Shown here piece after piece: positions 41,020 through 50,929 of a stretch of DNA of 64,000 nucleotides. Position numbers and translations under genes: made by a program. The stretch's first letter is position 1, and each line of letters starts with the position of its first letter. The notes under the pieces are model-generated. The model did not search any database. It saw only the letters and a list, made by a program, of their open reading frames with translations, and had not been told where the DNA came from. Origin of the DNA: Candidatus Bathyarchaeota archaeon (lineage in GTDB: Archaea; Thermoproteota; Bathyarchaeia; Bathyarchaeales; Bathycorpusculaceae); assembly GCA_963780185.1 (NCBI GenBank), contig CAWABA010000001.1:192001-256000 (forward strand). Direction: 5' to 3'.

Positions 41020-41850
41020 ATGGAAGAGTTAAACGGCAAGCTTGAGCAGCTTCGAGGTTTCATCAGGGAAACTGGGAAAGATGGCGTTGTCATCGCTTTT
41101 TCTGGAGGCGTGGACAGTTCAACTTTGGCTGCGGTAAGTTACGAAGTCATAGGCGGCAAGGTTGTTGCCGTCATCGCTAAGTCCCCAACTTACACCTCCG
41201 AAGAGTTGGAGGACGCCAAGAAAATCGCTAAAGAAATAGGCATCAAACTCTTCATCATCGAAACTAACGAGTTACAAAACGAAGATTTCAGCCGAAACCC
41301 CGAAAACCGTTGTTACTACTGCAAAAAAGAACTCCTCAAAGACCTAAGCGACTTCGCGCATGAACTCGGGTTCAAAGCCGTTTTTGAAGGAACAAACTTC
41401 TCCGATTTAAACGACCACAGACCAGGCTTCAAAGCCGTTAAAGAAGCAAAAAACGTGTTCAGCCCCTGGATGCTCAACAAATTTACCAAGGATGAAATTC
41501 GCCAAGTGGCAAAACAAATGGGACTTAGCGTTCACGATAAGCCTGCCTTAGCCTGTTTAGCGTCGCGGATACCGTTTAACGAGAAAATTACAGCTGAAAA
41601 ACTAATCCGAATCGACAAGGCGGAGCAGGCGGTGAAGGCGTTAACTGGGGTTAAGCAGGTTCGCGTAAGAGACCACAACGGCTTAGCCAGAATTGAAGTT
41701 GGAAAAACGGAGCGCACGCTCTTCTGCCGCGTCGAAGTTTTGGATAAGGTGTCGGAATGCTTGAAAAAACTCGGCTTCAAATACGTGACCTTTGACTTAG
41801 ACGGCTACCAGTCGGGAAGCATGCTTAAGACTTTGGACCCTCAGGAGTAA
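41020..41850 (+). CDS. larE: ATP-dependent sulfur transferase LarE
   Basis: AFSGGVDS PP-loop, RCYYCK, RPG, ACLASRIP, VRVR, GYQSGSM. Confidence 0.94.
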   Translation: MEELNGKLEQLRGFIRETGKDGVVIAFSGGVDSSTLAAVSYEVIGGKVVAVIAKSPTYTSEELEDAKKIAKEIGIKLFIIETNELQNEDFSRNPENRCYYCKKELLKDLSDFAHELGFKAVFEGTNFSDLNDHRPGFKAVKEAKNVFSPWMLNKFTKDEIRQVAKQMGLSVHDKPALACLASRIPFNEKITAEKLIRIDKAEQAVKALTGVKQVRVRDHNGLARIEVGKTERTLFCRVEVLDKVSECLKKLGFKYVTFDLDGYQSGSMLKTLDPQE

Positions 41851-41916
41851 AATCAAAGGCTTTTTCTTGTCCCGCAAGCTCGGAAATCCGCTGATATTTG
41901 TATAATTTATATATTA

Positions 41917-42711
41917 ATGGTACATAATCAAGATACCGAGGACAGCTTAGGCATGACTTGGTATGACGATCCCTTAACGGTCATTGCAGTTGCGTTAGTG
42001 ATAATTTTCGCCTGCGCAGTGGTCTTTTACGCCATGCGACGCCTCGGCACCAGTAAAGGACCGCCAAAGAAAAAACCGCAGCAGACCCAAAGGGCAACTG
42101 GGGATCCAAATCTTGATTATTCTGACTCACCGTTCAGAATCTCCAAAAGCGTTCAAGCCTCAACCGCTTCCTCTGCAAAAAATGAGTTGCGGATGCTGGA
42201 TTTGGAGAGGGAAATTTTGGGCGACGCGATTCGTCGTCTTTATGAAGCTCAAGCTGAGGGAAAAATTACCGAGCAAGAACGCGAAAAGCTCGCTGGAACT
42301 TACACGTCAAGAATGATGTCGATTAAAGAATCCATTTCAAAAGACGAATCTATAGTTGCATTGCACGACCTTGAAGACATGCAGGAAGATTTGATGAAGC
42401 TTTTCAGCGAACGCTTCACCGACTTAACCTCCAAGGTTGAAGAGTTAAGGACCCGAATCGACGTCAAGCCGATAAAAGAAATACCAGTAAAAATGCCTAC
42501 GCCCGCTCCTGCTTCCCAGATGGAGAAGATGGATGAGGCGGAAGAGGCTGAAGAGGAAGAAGCCACAGGCGAGGAGAAGCAGAAGCGGAAACGTAAGCCG
42601 CCTGAAGAGAAGCCTGACGCTAAGACTGAGGCTGAGAAGAGGATTGAGTCGATTCGAAGTGAAGTTGAGAAGGTTCTAGATAAGCTGGGGCAGATGGAAA
42701 TTGAAAGTTAA
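41917..42711 (+). CDS. Membrane-anchored coiled-coil protein
   Basis: Single N-terminal TM helix followed by long charged heptad-like stretches. Confidence 0.7.
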   Translation: MVHNQDTEDSLGMTWYDDPLTVIAVALVIIFACAVVFYAMRRLGTSKGPPKKKPQQTQRATGDPNLDYSDSPFRISKSVQASTASSAKNELRMLDLEREILGDAIRRLYEAQAEGKITEQEREKLAGTYTSRMMSIKESISKDESIVALHDLEDMQEDLMKLFSERFTDLTSKVEELRTRIDVKPIKEIPVKMPTPAPASQMEKMDEAEEAEEEEATGEEKQKRKRKPPEEKPDAKTEAEKRIESIRSEVEKVLDKLGQMEIES

Positions 42712-43411
42712 CCTTGATCCGATTCAAGAGGCAAAACGCAACGCAGCGTTAGCCGCGGTTAAGCATGTTCAAGACGGCTTTATCGTTGGTTTAGGCAGTG
42801 GAAGCACAGCCGCGTTTGCCATCGAAGCTTTAGGCGAAAGAGTAAAACGGGAAAACCTGAAAATAATGGGTATCCCCACCTCGTACCAAGCTTTCCTGCT
42901 GGCGGTCCAATGCGGAATCCCCATCACGACTTTGGATGAACATCCCGAAGTTGACGTAACCATCGACGGAGCCGACCAAGTCACCCCCGAACTGAACTTA
43001 ATCAAAGGCATGGGCGCAGCAATGGCGAGAGAAAAAATAGTTGCCGCATCCTCAAAGCTGAATGTTATCATCGCGGACGAACAGAAGAAAGTCAAGTTGC
43101 TGGGCGAAAAAGGGCAGGTTGTGCCTGTCGAGGTTTTGCCATTTGCAATTTCGCTGGTAAAACGAAAAATCGTTGAGGTCGGCGGGAAACCTACTTTGCG
43201 TGAGGGCAAAGGCAAACTGGGTCCAACCATAACTGATAACGGCAACGCCATTTTAGACACGTATTTCGGCGAAATCCCCAAGCCAGCGGAGTTGGCTGTT
43301 AAGGTGAAGATGATTCCTGGGGTTGTGGAAACAGGGTTTTTTGTCGGCTTAACCGACATTGTCTACGTTGGAAAAGTAGGCGCGGTTGAGAAAATCCAGC
43401 GAAAACATTAA
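42701..43411 (+). CDS. rpiA: Ribose-5-phosphate isomerase A
   Basis: GLGSGST, DGADQV, IKGMGAA…REKIV, TDNGN, PGVVETG. Confidence 0.96.
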   Translation: MKVNLDPIQEAKRNAALAAVKHVQDGFIVGLGSGSTAAFAIEALGERVKRENLKIMGIPTSYQAFLLAVQCGIPITTLDEHPEVDVTIDGADQVTPELNLIKGMGAAMAREKIVAASSKLNVIIADEQKKVKLLGEKGQVVPVEVLPFAISLVKRKIVEVGGKPTLREGKGKLGPTITDNGNAILDTYFGEIPKPAELAVKVKMIPGVVETGFFVGLTDIVYVGKVGAVEKIQRKH

Positions 43412-43463
43412 GCACAAACCATTTTTGATGGGCGCGCCAAGGCGACAGGCGTTATTGCCTGTT

Positions 43464-43709
43464 TTATTTGCTTCTGGGTTTAGCTGGGTTTTTAATGTGT
43501 GTTATGTGTGAGTGGACGAATTCTTGTTCTGACAGGGTTCTGCCTATTAGGTCTTGGACGGCGGCGTTCAAGTTGCCGTTGTAGTAGGGTCTAACGGTTT
43601 TCTCCATGAATTCGCTGATAAGCGAAGCGGGAACATCGTGAAGCGTCAAGTCAACCTCAAGGTCTTCCTGCTCGGCTAAGATTGCGGTTTTCTTTTTGAT
43701 GTGAATCAC
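43464..43709 (-). CDS. Small hypothetical protein, possibly RHH-like
   Basis: 81 aa. The VDLTLHDVP…LNAAVQDLI pattern resembles an RHH strand-helix-helix. Confidence 0.55.
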   Translation of the reverse strand: MIHIKKKTAILAEQEDLEVDLTLHDVPASLISEFMEKTVRPYYNGNLNAAVQDLIGRTLSEQEFVHSHITHIKNPAKPRSK

Positions 43710-44088
43710 CTGTGAGTCACGCTATCGTTCGGTGTCGGTTAAAAGGCGAACTGAGAAACTACCTTGTAAGGCAGTGGAGAGGTAAGTGAAAGTGAAAAGC
43801 AAAAGCAGATGCCAAAACTGCAAAACACTTACTTCCATGGCAAAAGAAGAGCGTCAACACTGCGAATACGTTAATTCTTAAAAAGCCGATTTTTCGTCTC
43901 TATTTGGCTCTGCTAGATGTGCCTGTTTGGATCCTCTAGAAAACCGTAGGGGTAGCAGGTACGAAAAAGAAAAACGCGAGGACTGAGCGGTTTAAGCAAT
44001 TAAGCCCAAAGGTTCCCGCTGCAAAAGGAAAACGTGCATCACCATTGGACAAATCAACAGATTTAAATTCGCATACCCAAGTTTTGTC

Positions 44089-44442
44089 TTGATGTCAAAC
44101 GATAAAATTTGCTCGCTTGAAGATGCTTTGAAGCATTCGGGTGAACTGAGACTAGAAGCTAAAAAGGCATTGGATTTTGAAAGTGCAGAGCAAAAAGTTA
44201 AGGTTTTCAAGGCTTTTGGTGATGAGATTCGGCTTAGAATTTTGAGTCTTTTGCAGACTCGTGAGATGTGTGTTTGTGAAATTTTGGTTGCTCTTGAATT
44301 AACTCAGCCTACGGCTTCTCACCATTTGGCTATTTTGGAGCAGGCGGGTTTAGTTAAGAAGAGAAAAGAGGGTAAATGGGTTTTCTACCGCGTTAGTTGT
44401 CCTGGTTTGCTGGATAGTTTTCGTAAGGTTGGTCTTTTGTAG
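44089..44442 (+). CDS. arsR: ArsR/SmtB-family regulator
   Basis: RLRIL, EMCVCEI, SHHLAIL, GKWVFY. Upstream of acr3-arsC. Confidence 0.9.
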   Translation: MMSNDKICSLEDALKHSGELRLEAKKALDFESAEQKVKVFKAFGDEIRLRILSLLQTREMCVCEILVALELTQPTASHHLAILEQAGLVKKRKEGKWVFYRVSCPGLLDSFRKVGLL

Positions 44443-44507
44443 TTGATTCGCGTGAAAACGAAGCAACATATTTAAATAAATTAATATGTTCTGTCTGCTA
44501 GACCACT

Positions 44508-45644
44508 TTGAAAAGCCCACAAAAACCAGCAAATCAAGATATCGACCCGAAAAATTTTGATAAACCAAATGCTGAAGGAGGTAGAAAACCCAAAACTCGG
44601 CTCTCATGGCTGAGCAGGTTCTTGACCCTTTGGATTTTCTTAGCGATGATTCTTGGCATCGCGATAGGTTACGTTTACCCACCAGTTTCAAGTGGAATAG
44701 GCTCGCTTAGCGTAGGAACCACGTCTATTCCCATCGCAGTTGGGTTGATTTGGATGATGTATCCTCCGCTTGCCCGAGTAAAGTATGAAGACTTAAAGAA
44801 AATTGTGACTGCCCCCGGTTCAAAGGCTATGCTGTCTGGGTCGCTTACTCTAAACTGGGTGGTTGGACCCCTGTTGATGTTTGCGTTGGCATGGGTTTTT
44901 CTTGGCGCATATCCTGATTTGAGAAATGGGTTAATTCTCATAGGCATAGCCAGATGTATAGCCATGGTTATTGTTTGGAATAACCTTGCGGAAGGGGACA
45001 ATGAATGGACAGCTTTGCTTGTTGCGGTTAATTCGGTTTTTCAGATTTTAATGTATTCTGTTCTGGCGTTCTTTTACATTACAGTGGCTAGCTCATGGAT
45101 TTCTGGTTCAGCGCAGGCGGTAAACATTTCTCTTTTGCAAGTTGCGCAGTCGGTTGGGATTTACCTTGGAATACCCTTCTTTGCGGGGATTGTGACCAGA
45201 TTCTACTTCTTGAAGGCGAAAGGTAGAGATTGGTATGAGCAAAAGTTGATGCCTAAACTTGGACACACGTCGCTGATTGCCCTGTTGTTTACCATCGTTG
45301 TCATGTTCTCACTCAAAGGTCAATACATCCTGAGTTTACCGGTTGACGTCGTGTTGGTTGCCTTACCTCTTCTGTTGTACTTCATGATTATGTTCTTCGG
45401 CTCCTTTGCCCTCGGTTACTTCTCCAAACTTGGGTACAAAAGGACAACTTCACTTTCCTTCACCGCCGCAAGCAACAACTTCGAGTTAGCCATAGCCGTA
45501 GCCGTCGCCGTCTTCGGCTTAGCTTCTCAAGAAGCCTTCGCCGCCGTCATTGGTCCTTTAATAGAAGTTCCCGTAATGATTAGTTTAGTTAACGTTGCCT
45601 TCTGGTTAAGAAAAAGATACTTCAAAGAGGAAAATGCAAAATGA
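44508..45644 (+). CDS. acr3: ACR3 arsenite efflux pump
   Basis: FLTLWIF, MMYPPL, NWVVGP, ARCIAMV, SNNFELAIAVA, GPLIEVP. Confidence 0.96.
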   Translation: MKSPQKPANQDIDPKNFDKPNAEGGRKPKTRLSWLSRFLTLWIFLAMILGIAIGYVYPPVSSGIGSLSVGTTSIPIAVGLIWMMYPPLARVKYEDLKKIVTAPGSKAMLSGSLTLNWVVGPLLMFALAWVFLGAYPDLRNGLILIGIARCIAMVIVWNNLAEGDNEWTALLVAVNSVFQILMYSVLAFFYITVASSWISGSAQAVNISLLQVAQSVGIYLGIPFFAGIVTRFYFLKAKGRDWYEQKLMPKLGHTSLIALLFTIVVMFSLKGQYILSLPVDVVLVALPLLLYFMIMFFGSFALGYFSKLGYKRTTSLSFTAASNNFELAIAVAVAVFGLASQEAFAAVIGPLIEVPVMISLVNVAFWLRKRYFKEENAK

Positions 45645-46036
45645 AAAAGGTTATGTTTGTTTGTGTTGAGAACGCTGGCAGAAGCCAAATGGCTGAGGCC
45701 TTCGCTAACAAGTACGGGGAAGGAAGGCTGGCTGCGCAGAGTGCAGGGATAAAGCTGGCGCCGAAAGTGAACCCGCTGGTTGTCAAAGCCATGAGTGAAA
45801 AGGGAATTGACATTTCCACGAATAAGCCTAAGCTGCTTACTATGCAGATGGCGAATCAGGCTGACCTCATAGTCACCATGGGATGCGGCGCCTCTGACTT
45901 TTGCCCCGGCCCATTCTTTAAGGAAACCATTGACTGGGCGCTGGAAGACCCCAAAGGCAAACCTATGGAAAAGGTGAGAGAAATCCGAGATGCGATTGAA
46001 GCCAGGGTTCGGCAATTAATTCTACTCGAAAACTAA
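45641..46036 (+). CDS. arsC: Arsenate reductase (LMW-PTP fold)
   Basis: FVCVENAGRSQMAE, TMGC…CP, EDP. Confidence 0.92.
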   Translation: MKKVMFVCVENAGRSQMAEAFANKYGEGRLAAQSAGIKLAPKVNPLVVKAMSEKGIDISTNKPKLLTMQMANQADLIVTMGCGASDFCPGPFFKETIDWALEDPKGKPMEKVREIRDAIEARVRQLILLEN

Positions 46037-46137
46037 AGATTGAATTTCGTCATGGCCCAAAATTATTGTGAAAGCCAGACTGTAACCTGATAGGTAAGAA
46101 ACGGGGAGAAGGGGCGTTGTTCTGCGATGGTTCTGGT

Positions 46138-46797
46138 TTAGGATTGGTTTTTGGCTCTTAGCGGGATTCGTGTGAAGGCGTGGATTGTTGATTCGTGGTA
46201 CCATGCGTCTGGGTTTTGGTATTTGACGACGGGTGAAACGTGCCGGATTTTTTCGGCTTCTTTGGATTCGAGGCTGCAGATGACTTCAATGAGGGTTTGG
46301 CGGTGTTTTTCTTTCTCCTCCACAAAAGAATCGAAGATTCGTTTGAAGTTGTTTGAGCTCTGCGGTATCAACGCTGAGAACTCGTCTGCGACAAACTTGG
46401 TTGCTGAGGATTGCAGGTAACCGGTGTAGGTTTCGTTGAGGAGGTCTTCCATGTTGATTAGTTCGCTAAGTATTTCGCAACTAATCAATGGACTCAAATT
46501 GTTTATGTTGGATATTATTTTTGTAAAAGTTGAGATTTGCGCAGCTAACTCTGCTATTTCTTTTTTGCATTCTGCGTCTTCGATTTCCGACAGGTCAAGG
46601 TGACTAAGTATTCCCTGAAGGATCTTGGAGCTTTTAAGGCTGTCATAGGCTAACCCCACGATAAAGCTGCTTTCAGGTTGATTGATTTTTTTTGAAAGGG
46701 CTTCGTAAACGCGGAAGGATTCGATTTCAAGGTTGTTGAAGCATTTTAGATATTGGGCGCTTTCTTGCAGTTTTTCGTTCATATGTGCTGTCTCCAA
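46138..46797 (-). CDS. Ferritin-like four-helix hypothetical protein
   Basis: LE…VYE helix, EEKEKH, C-terminal YQNPDAW. Confidence 0.55.
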   Translation of the reverse strand: METAHMNEKLQESAQYLKCFNNLEIESFRVYEALSKKINQPESSFIVGLAYDSLKSSKILQGILSHLDLSEIEDAECKKEIAELAAQISTFTKIISNINNLSPLISCEILSELINMEDLLNETYTGYLQSSATKFVADEFSALIPQSSNNFKRIFDSFVEEKEKHRQTLIEVICSLESKEAEKIRHVSPVVKYQNPDAWYHESTIHAFTRIPLRAKNQS

Positions 46798-46921
46798 AAA
46801 AGGTGTATAGGGAATCTTAATAAGTATTATTTATTTTGTCTTCAACTTCCTGTTTGTTCAACACAACAACAAATAGGCGAGAAAAACAGCTTTCAGCAAC
46901 ATGCAACAGGAGAAAAGTGCC

Positions 46922-47332
46922 TTACGAGCTGCGTAGCACAATCATTGTGTTGGTTTTGACTATGCCTTCAACCATCCGGATTTTTTCGATGGATTCGTTG
47001 ACTTCAGCCATGTTCATGCCCCCGATGACCGCGACAATGTCGTATTCGCCGCTGACTTCGTAGGTTGTTTCAACGTTTGGGATTGCTTGGATTTTCTTTG
47101 ACACTTCCTGCGTTGGATAAGCGGTGTTGGCTGTAAGCAGCGTTATGGCTTGGGCGCCTTCTGCAAGGCTGATTTTAACGGTGAATTTACGGATTACTCC
47201 TTCGTCAGATAATGTTTTTATTCTTTTTCGCACTGCGCCCTCTGATAACCCGATTTTTGTACCTAATTCTCCGTAGCCTGAGCGGGCGTTATCTTTTAGA
47301 AGTTTAATTATTTCTTTGTCTTTTGCATCCAT
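46922..47332 (-). CDS. Lrp/AsnC-family regulator (LysM-like), divergent from lysW
   Basis: MDAKDKEII…NAR…LSEGAVRKRIK…GVIRKF and a RAM domain EVSGEYD. Confidence 0.92.
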   Translation of the reverse strand: MDAKDKEIIKLLKDNARSGYGELGTKIGLSEGAVRKRIKTLSDEGVIRKFTVKISLAEGAQAITLLTANTAYPTQEVSKKIQAIPNVETTYEVSGEYDIVAVIGGMNMAEVNESIEKIRMVEGIVKTNTMIVLRSS

Positions 47333-47493
47333 CAATTGTCGCCGCAGGTATTTGTTTTGGGCAAAATTTAACGTTTTCCCTTGTCGGCTCTTGATGGATG
47401 TTACGTTTTTCGTTAAGCTTAGCATGTTGGTTTACTGGTTCTTGATTTGGGGGTTGCTTGGTTGTGCATCAAATGGGACATTCGCGGTCTAAC

Positions 47494-47524
47494 TTGTAAC
47501 AAATTAGTCACAATGTTTAAATTT
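47494..47524 (+). promoter_or_regulatory. Imperfect palindrome (candidate Lrp box) directly upstream of the lysW TATA
   Basis: TTGTAAC-AAATTA-GTCACAA (47494-47513), then TTTAAATTT (47516-47524). Confidence 0.55.
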
Positions 47525-47580
47525 GGAATTTAATTATTTGAAAGTTCATTTCCGACAAATACTAAAGTGACGAATAAAAA

Positions 47581-47787
47581 ATGATTAAACCTGTAAATTC
47601 AAATTCCCAAGGCATGAAGGCAAAATGTCCTGACTGCGACGCTGAGCTTGATGTTCCGGTTGACGCAGAGAAAGGAGAAATCCTTAGCTGCCCGGGTTGC
47701 GGGCTTGAACTTGAAGTTAAGCAAGTTAAAGGCGGATGCGTGGACCTTCAAGAATTAACAATTGAAGGGGAAGACTGGGGAGAATAA
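47581..47787 (+). CDS. lysW: Amino-group carrier protein LysW
   Basis: CPDC…CPGC zinc ribbon and C-terminal EDWGE. Confidence 0.96.
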   Translation: MIKPVNSNSQGMKAKCPDCDAELDVPVDAEKGEILSCPGCGLELEVKQVKGGCVDLQELTIEGEDWGE

Positions 47788-47848
47788 GCAGTATTCACCG
47801 CTAAGTCTTCATTTAACTTAGTTTTTTAAGTATCTTTGGTGAATAGCG

Positions 47849-49033
47849 ATGAGCATTGCCCTTTTGTATGAGCGGTCTGAAAACGACGAAAACGGCATCA
47901 AGTTGACCGCGCAGCAACTAGGCATAGACTTGACTTTTCTGCCCTTCAGAAAAATCGCTCTCTCAATTTCTAAAGAAGGATTTTCAGCTAAGACAAAAGG
48001 GAAGGACTACACCGGCATAGTCAAAGACGTCGCGGTTGTTCTTAACCGTGCTCAAAGCAAAAACCGTCGGCTACAAGCCTCCTACCTCATGGAGCAGCTT
48101 GGTAAAAAAACCCTAAACACATCACAAGTCGAATTTGTATGCTACAGCAAACTGCGCACGCTGCTGAATCTCTGGAAGGAAGGTTTGCCGATTCCCAAAA
48201 CCGTTTACGTTCCATGCGACCCAACCGACGCCCTCAAGAACGGGAAAGAAATCCACAACGAGAAAGACATAGCTGAACTGGTTCAGCAAGAGATCCCGCT
48301 GTCAGACGGTATCGTAATTAAGGCTGACGCTGGAACGCATGGCAAGATGATTATGCTGTCTAAAACCAGCGAAGAGCTTATCGCCAACATCAAGGAAACG
48401 AAGCCGTCAATCATTAACCCAGTCGGCGTAGTCGCGCAGGAACTCGTTGAAAAATGGTTTTACGACCTGCGAATAATTGTCTCTAAAGAAAAAGGTAAAC
48501 AACCCGTTTGCTACCCCATTTCGATGGCGCGGGCTGGCTTTAAAGATTTTAGAACAAACACTTTCTTGGGTAACTTGGTTTTCGGTGCCAAGCTTCCGAG
48601 AAGCGTTCAGGAACTGTCGGTGAAATGCGGCAAAACCCTTGGCAAAGGCAGTGAAGCATGGATTTTTGCGTTGGACGCGATGGTGAACGTTAAAGAAAAC
48701 AAGAGCGTGGATGACGCTTACGTTAAGGGTCAGTTGGATAAGGCTGGGCAGGCTTTTTTGGCTGTTCAAAAGGTTAAGCAAGATGAAATGCGTCTGACTG
48801 ATTTTTCAGTATGGACCACCAAGCTTGAGAAGGCTTTCCAGCTCTACGCGAACAGCGAGTGGTACGGAAATACCAAAAACGTCCTTGACGAGAGCATAGA
48901 AAAAAATAAGAGCGCCCTTGTGTTTCATGAATCAAATTCGTGTCCCGAGTTCTGGGAGAACACACGGCTTGCAACGGGGCTTAATGTTGCGGTTCCCTTG
49001 TTGAAGTGTGCTCAAAGCTTAATTGACCGTTAA
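47849..49033 (+). CDS. lysX: LysX/ArgX-like ATP-grasp ligase, unusually long
   Basis: SKLRT, IPKT, QELV…DLRI, FRTN, ESNSCPEF. Located between lysW and lysY. Confidence 0.78.
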   Translation: MSIALLYERSENDENGIKLTAQQLGIDLTFLPFRKIALSISKEGFSAKTKGKDYTGIVKDVAVVLNRAQSKNRRLQASYLMEQLGKKTLNTSQVEFVCYSKLRTLLNLWKEGLPIPKTVYVPCDPTDALKNGKEIHNEKDIAELVQQEIPLSDGIVIKADAGTHGKMIMLSKTSEELIANIKETKPSIINPVGVVAQELVEKWFYDLRIIVSKEKGKQPVCYPISMARAGFKDFRTNTFLGNLVFGAKLPRSVQELSVKCGKTLGKGSEAWIFALDAMVNVKENKSVDDAYVKGQLDKAGQAFLAVQKVKQDEMRLTDFSVWTTKLEKAFQLYANSEWYGNTKNVLDESIEKNKSALVFHESNSCPEFWENTRLATGLNVAVPLLKCAQSLIDR

Positions 49034-49052
49034 TTAAAATGGCAAAGGAAGG

Positions 49053-50114
49053 ATGGCAATGTTGAGAATTGGAATAATAGGCGGTTCAGGCTACGTTGGC
49101 AGCGAACTTCTGCGGCTGCTGCTTCTTCACCCGCAAGCAGAGGTAACTACGGTTACTTCACGGCAAAGCGCAGGGGAATTTGTTTTTAACGTTCATCCGA
49201 ACCTGCGGGGCTTGACCCAGCTCAAATTCGTGCCTCTAGACATTGCTGAGTTGCAGAAAAACTGCGACTTGATATTTACGGCGACGCCGCATGGGGGCTC
49301 GGTTAATCTTGTTCCCAAACTTTTGGAGGTTGGCTTAAAGGTAATTGATATGAGTGCTGATTTCCGCCTCAAAAAACCAGCCGACTATGAAACTTACTAT
49401 GGTTGGAAGCATGCTCACCCTGAAATGCTAACAGACGCTGCGTACGGGTTGCCAGAGCTTCATCGGGAAGAGATAAAAAAAGCCAAACTTGTAGCTTGCC
49501 CAGGCTGCGAGGCAACAGCCGCCATTTTAGGTTTAGCACCAATAGTGAAGGCTGGGTTTGTTGACAAAGACAAAATCGTGGTAGACCTAAAGGTTGGCTC
49601 TTCTGGAGGCGGAAGTAAACCGTCGCCTGCTTCTCATCATCCAGAGCGGTCTAGTGGAGTGCGTCCGTACAAGGTTGTTGGGCACCGCCACATCGCTGAA
49701 GTTGAACAAGAACTGGATGCCCTGTCCAATGAGCCAGTGATAATCTCTTTCACTCCGCATGCGGTAAACATGGTTCGCGGCATACTTGCAACAATTCACA
49801 CTTTCCCAAAACAGAAACTGGAAAACAAGGATCTTTGGCGTGCTTTCCGCGGAATGTACGGCAATGAACCGTTTGTGCGTATAGTGAAGTATCAGAAGGG
49901 GCCTTACCAGTTGCCTGACCCCAAAGTGACGTTGGGCACGAATTTCTGCGACGTAGGCTTCGAGATTGATGAGCACGCGAATCGGCTTCTGCTTTTCTCC
50001 GCACTCGACAACATGACCAAGGGCGCTTCAGGCCAAGCCGTCCAATGCATGAACATCCAGCTAGGCATTGACGAGACTACTGGCTTGAAGAGCACTGGTT
50101 TTCACCCGATGTGA
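49053..50114 (+). CDS. lysY: LysW-phosphate reductase (ArgC family)
   Basis: GGSGYVG, DMSADFR, YGLPE, PGC, HRHIAE, DNMTKGASGQA. Confidence 0.93.
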   Translation: MAMLRIGIIGGSGYVGSELLRLLLLHPQAEVTTVTSRQSAGEFVFNVHPNLRGLTQLKFVPLDIAELQKNCDLIFTATPHGGSVNLVPKLLEVGLKVIDMSADFRLKKPADYETYYGWKHAHPEMLTDAAYGLPELHREEIKKAKLVACPGCEATAAILGLAPIVKAGFVDKDKIVVDLKVGSSGGGSKPSPASHHPERSSGVRPYKVVGHRHIAEVEQELDALSNEPVIISFTPHAVNMVRGILATIHTFPKQKLENKDLWRAFRGMYGNEPFVRIVKYQKGPYQLPDPKVTLGTNFCDVGFEIDEHANRLLLFSALDNMTKGASGQAVQCMNIQLGIDETTGLKSTGFHPM

Positions 50115-50929
50115 CCGCTATGCTGCTTGTTATCAAGATGGGCGGAAGCATACTCAAAGAAGGCGCATCCCAAGACCTAGTTGCAGACCTCAAAGAAGTA
50201 GCGAAAACCAACAAAGTCGTGCTGGTCCACGGCGGCGGCGTAGAAGTCACCGAAATAGCCTCAAAACTTGGAAAAGAACAGAAATTCATCGTTTCCCCCG
50301 AAGGCTTCAGAAGCCGCTACACCGACAAAGAAACCATCGAAATCTACACCATGGTTATGGCTGGCAAAATCAACAAACAAATCGTTTTAGCCCTGCAAAG
50401 CCAAGGCATAGCAGCAGTCGGCATAACAGGGTTGGACGCAGCCACCCTAAAGGCGGAGCGAAAAACGAAGCTTATAGCAGTGGACGAGCGGGGACGCAAA
50501 AGAGTCCTCGACGGCGGCTACACAGGAAAAATAACCGAGGTAAACACTGAACTGGTTAATCTTCTACTTGAGAAAGGTTACGTGCCGATAGTGACACCTA
50601 TCGCGCTAAGCCAAGACTGTGAACCCCTAAACGTGGATGGCGACCGAACGGCGGCGATAATTGCAGGCGCGTTGAAAGCGGACCGTTTGATTCTTCTAAC
50701 GGACGTGAAGGGCCTGATGCTTCGCGGCGAATGTGTTCCCAAGATAGCCGCCACCGAAGTTAAAGAGGTCTTGGGCAGCATTGGGCAAGGCATGAGCACC
50801 AAGGTGCATGCGGCGCTTGAGGCGCTAAACCAGGGCGTCAAAGAGGTTCTGGTTACCGCAGGCACGGGGAATGAACCTATAAGTTCAGCTTTAAATCATA
50901 AGGTCGGTACAGTGATAACTGGTGAATGA
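50111..50929 (+). CDS. lysZ: LysW-aminoadipate/glutamate kinase (ArgB family)
   Basis: VIKMGG, VHGGG, SRYTD, NVDGDR, GMSTK. Confidence 0.93.
   Translation: MTAMLLVIKMGGSILKEGASQDLVADLKEVAKTNKVVLVHGGGVEVTEIASKLGKEQKFIVSPEGFRSRYTDKETIEIYTMVMAGKINKQIVLALQSQGIAAVGITGLDAATLKAERKTKLIAVDERGRKRVLDGGYTGKITEVNTELVNLLLEKGYVPIVTPIALSQDCEPLNVDGDRTAAIIAGALKADRLILLTDVKGLMLRGECVPKIAATEVKEVLGSIGQGMSTKVHAALEALNQGVKEVLVTAGTGNEPISSALNHKVGTVITGE

Noticed and set aside
47513-47533. uORF MFKFGI* upstream of lysW as a Lys leader
   Set aside because: It overlaps the TATA box, so it is probably not transcribed, and it has only one Lys codon.
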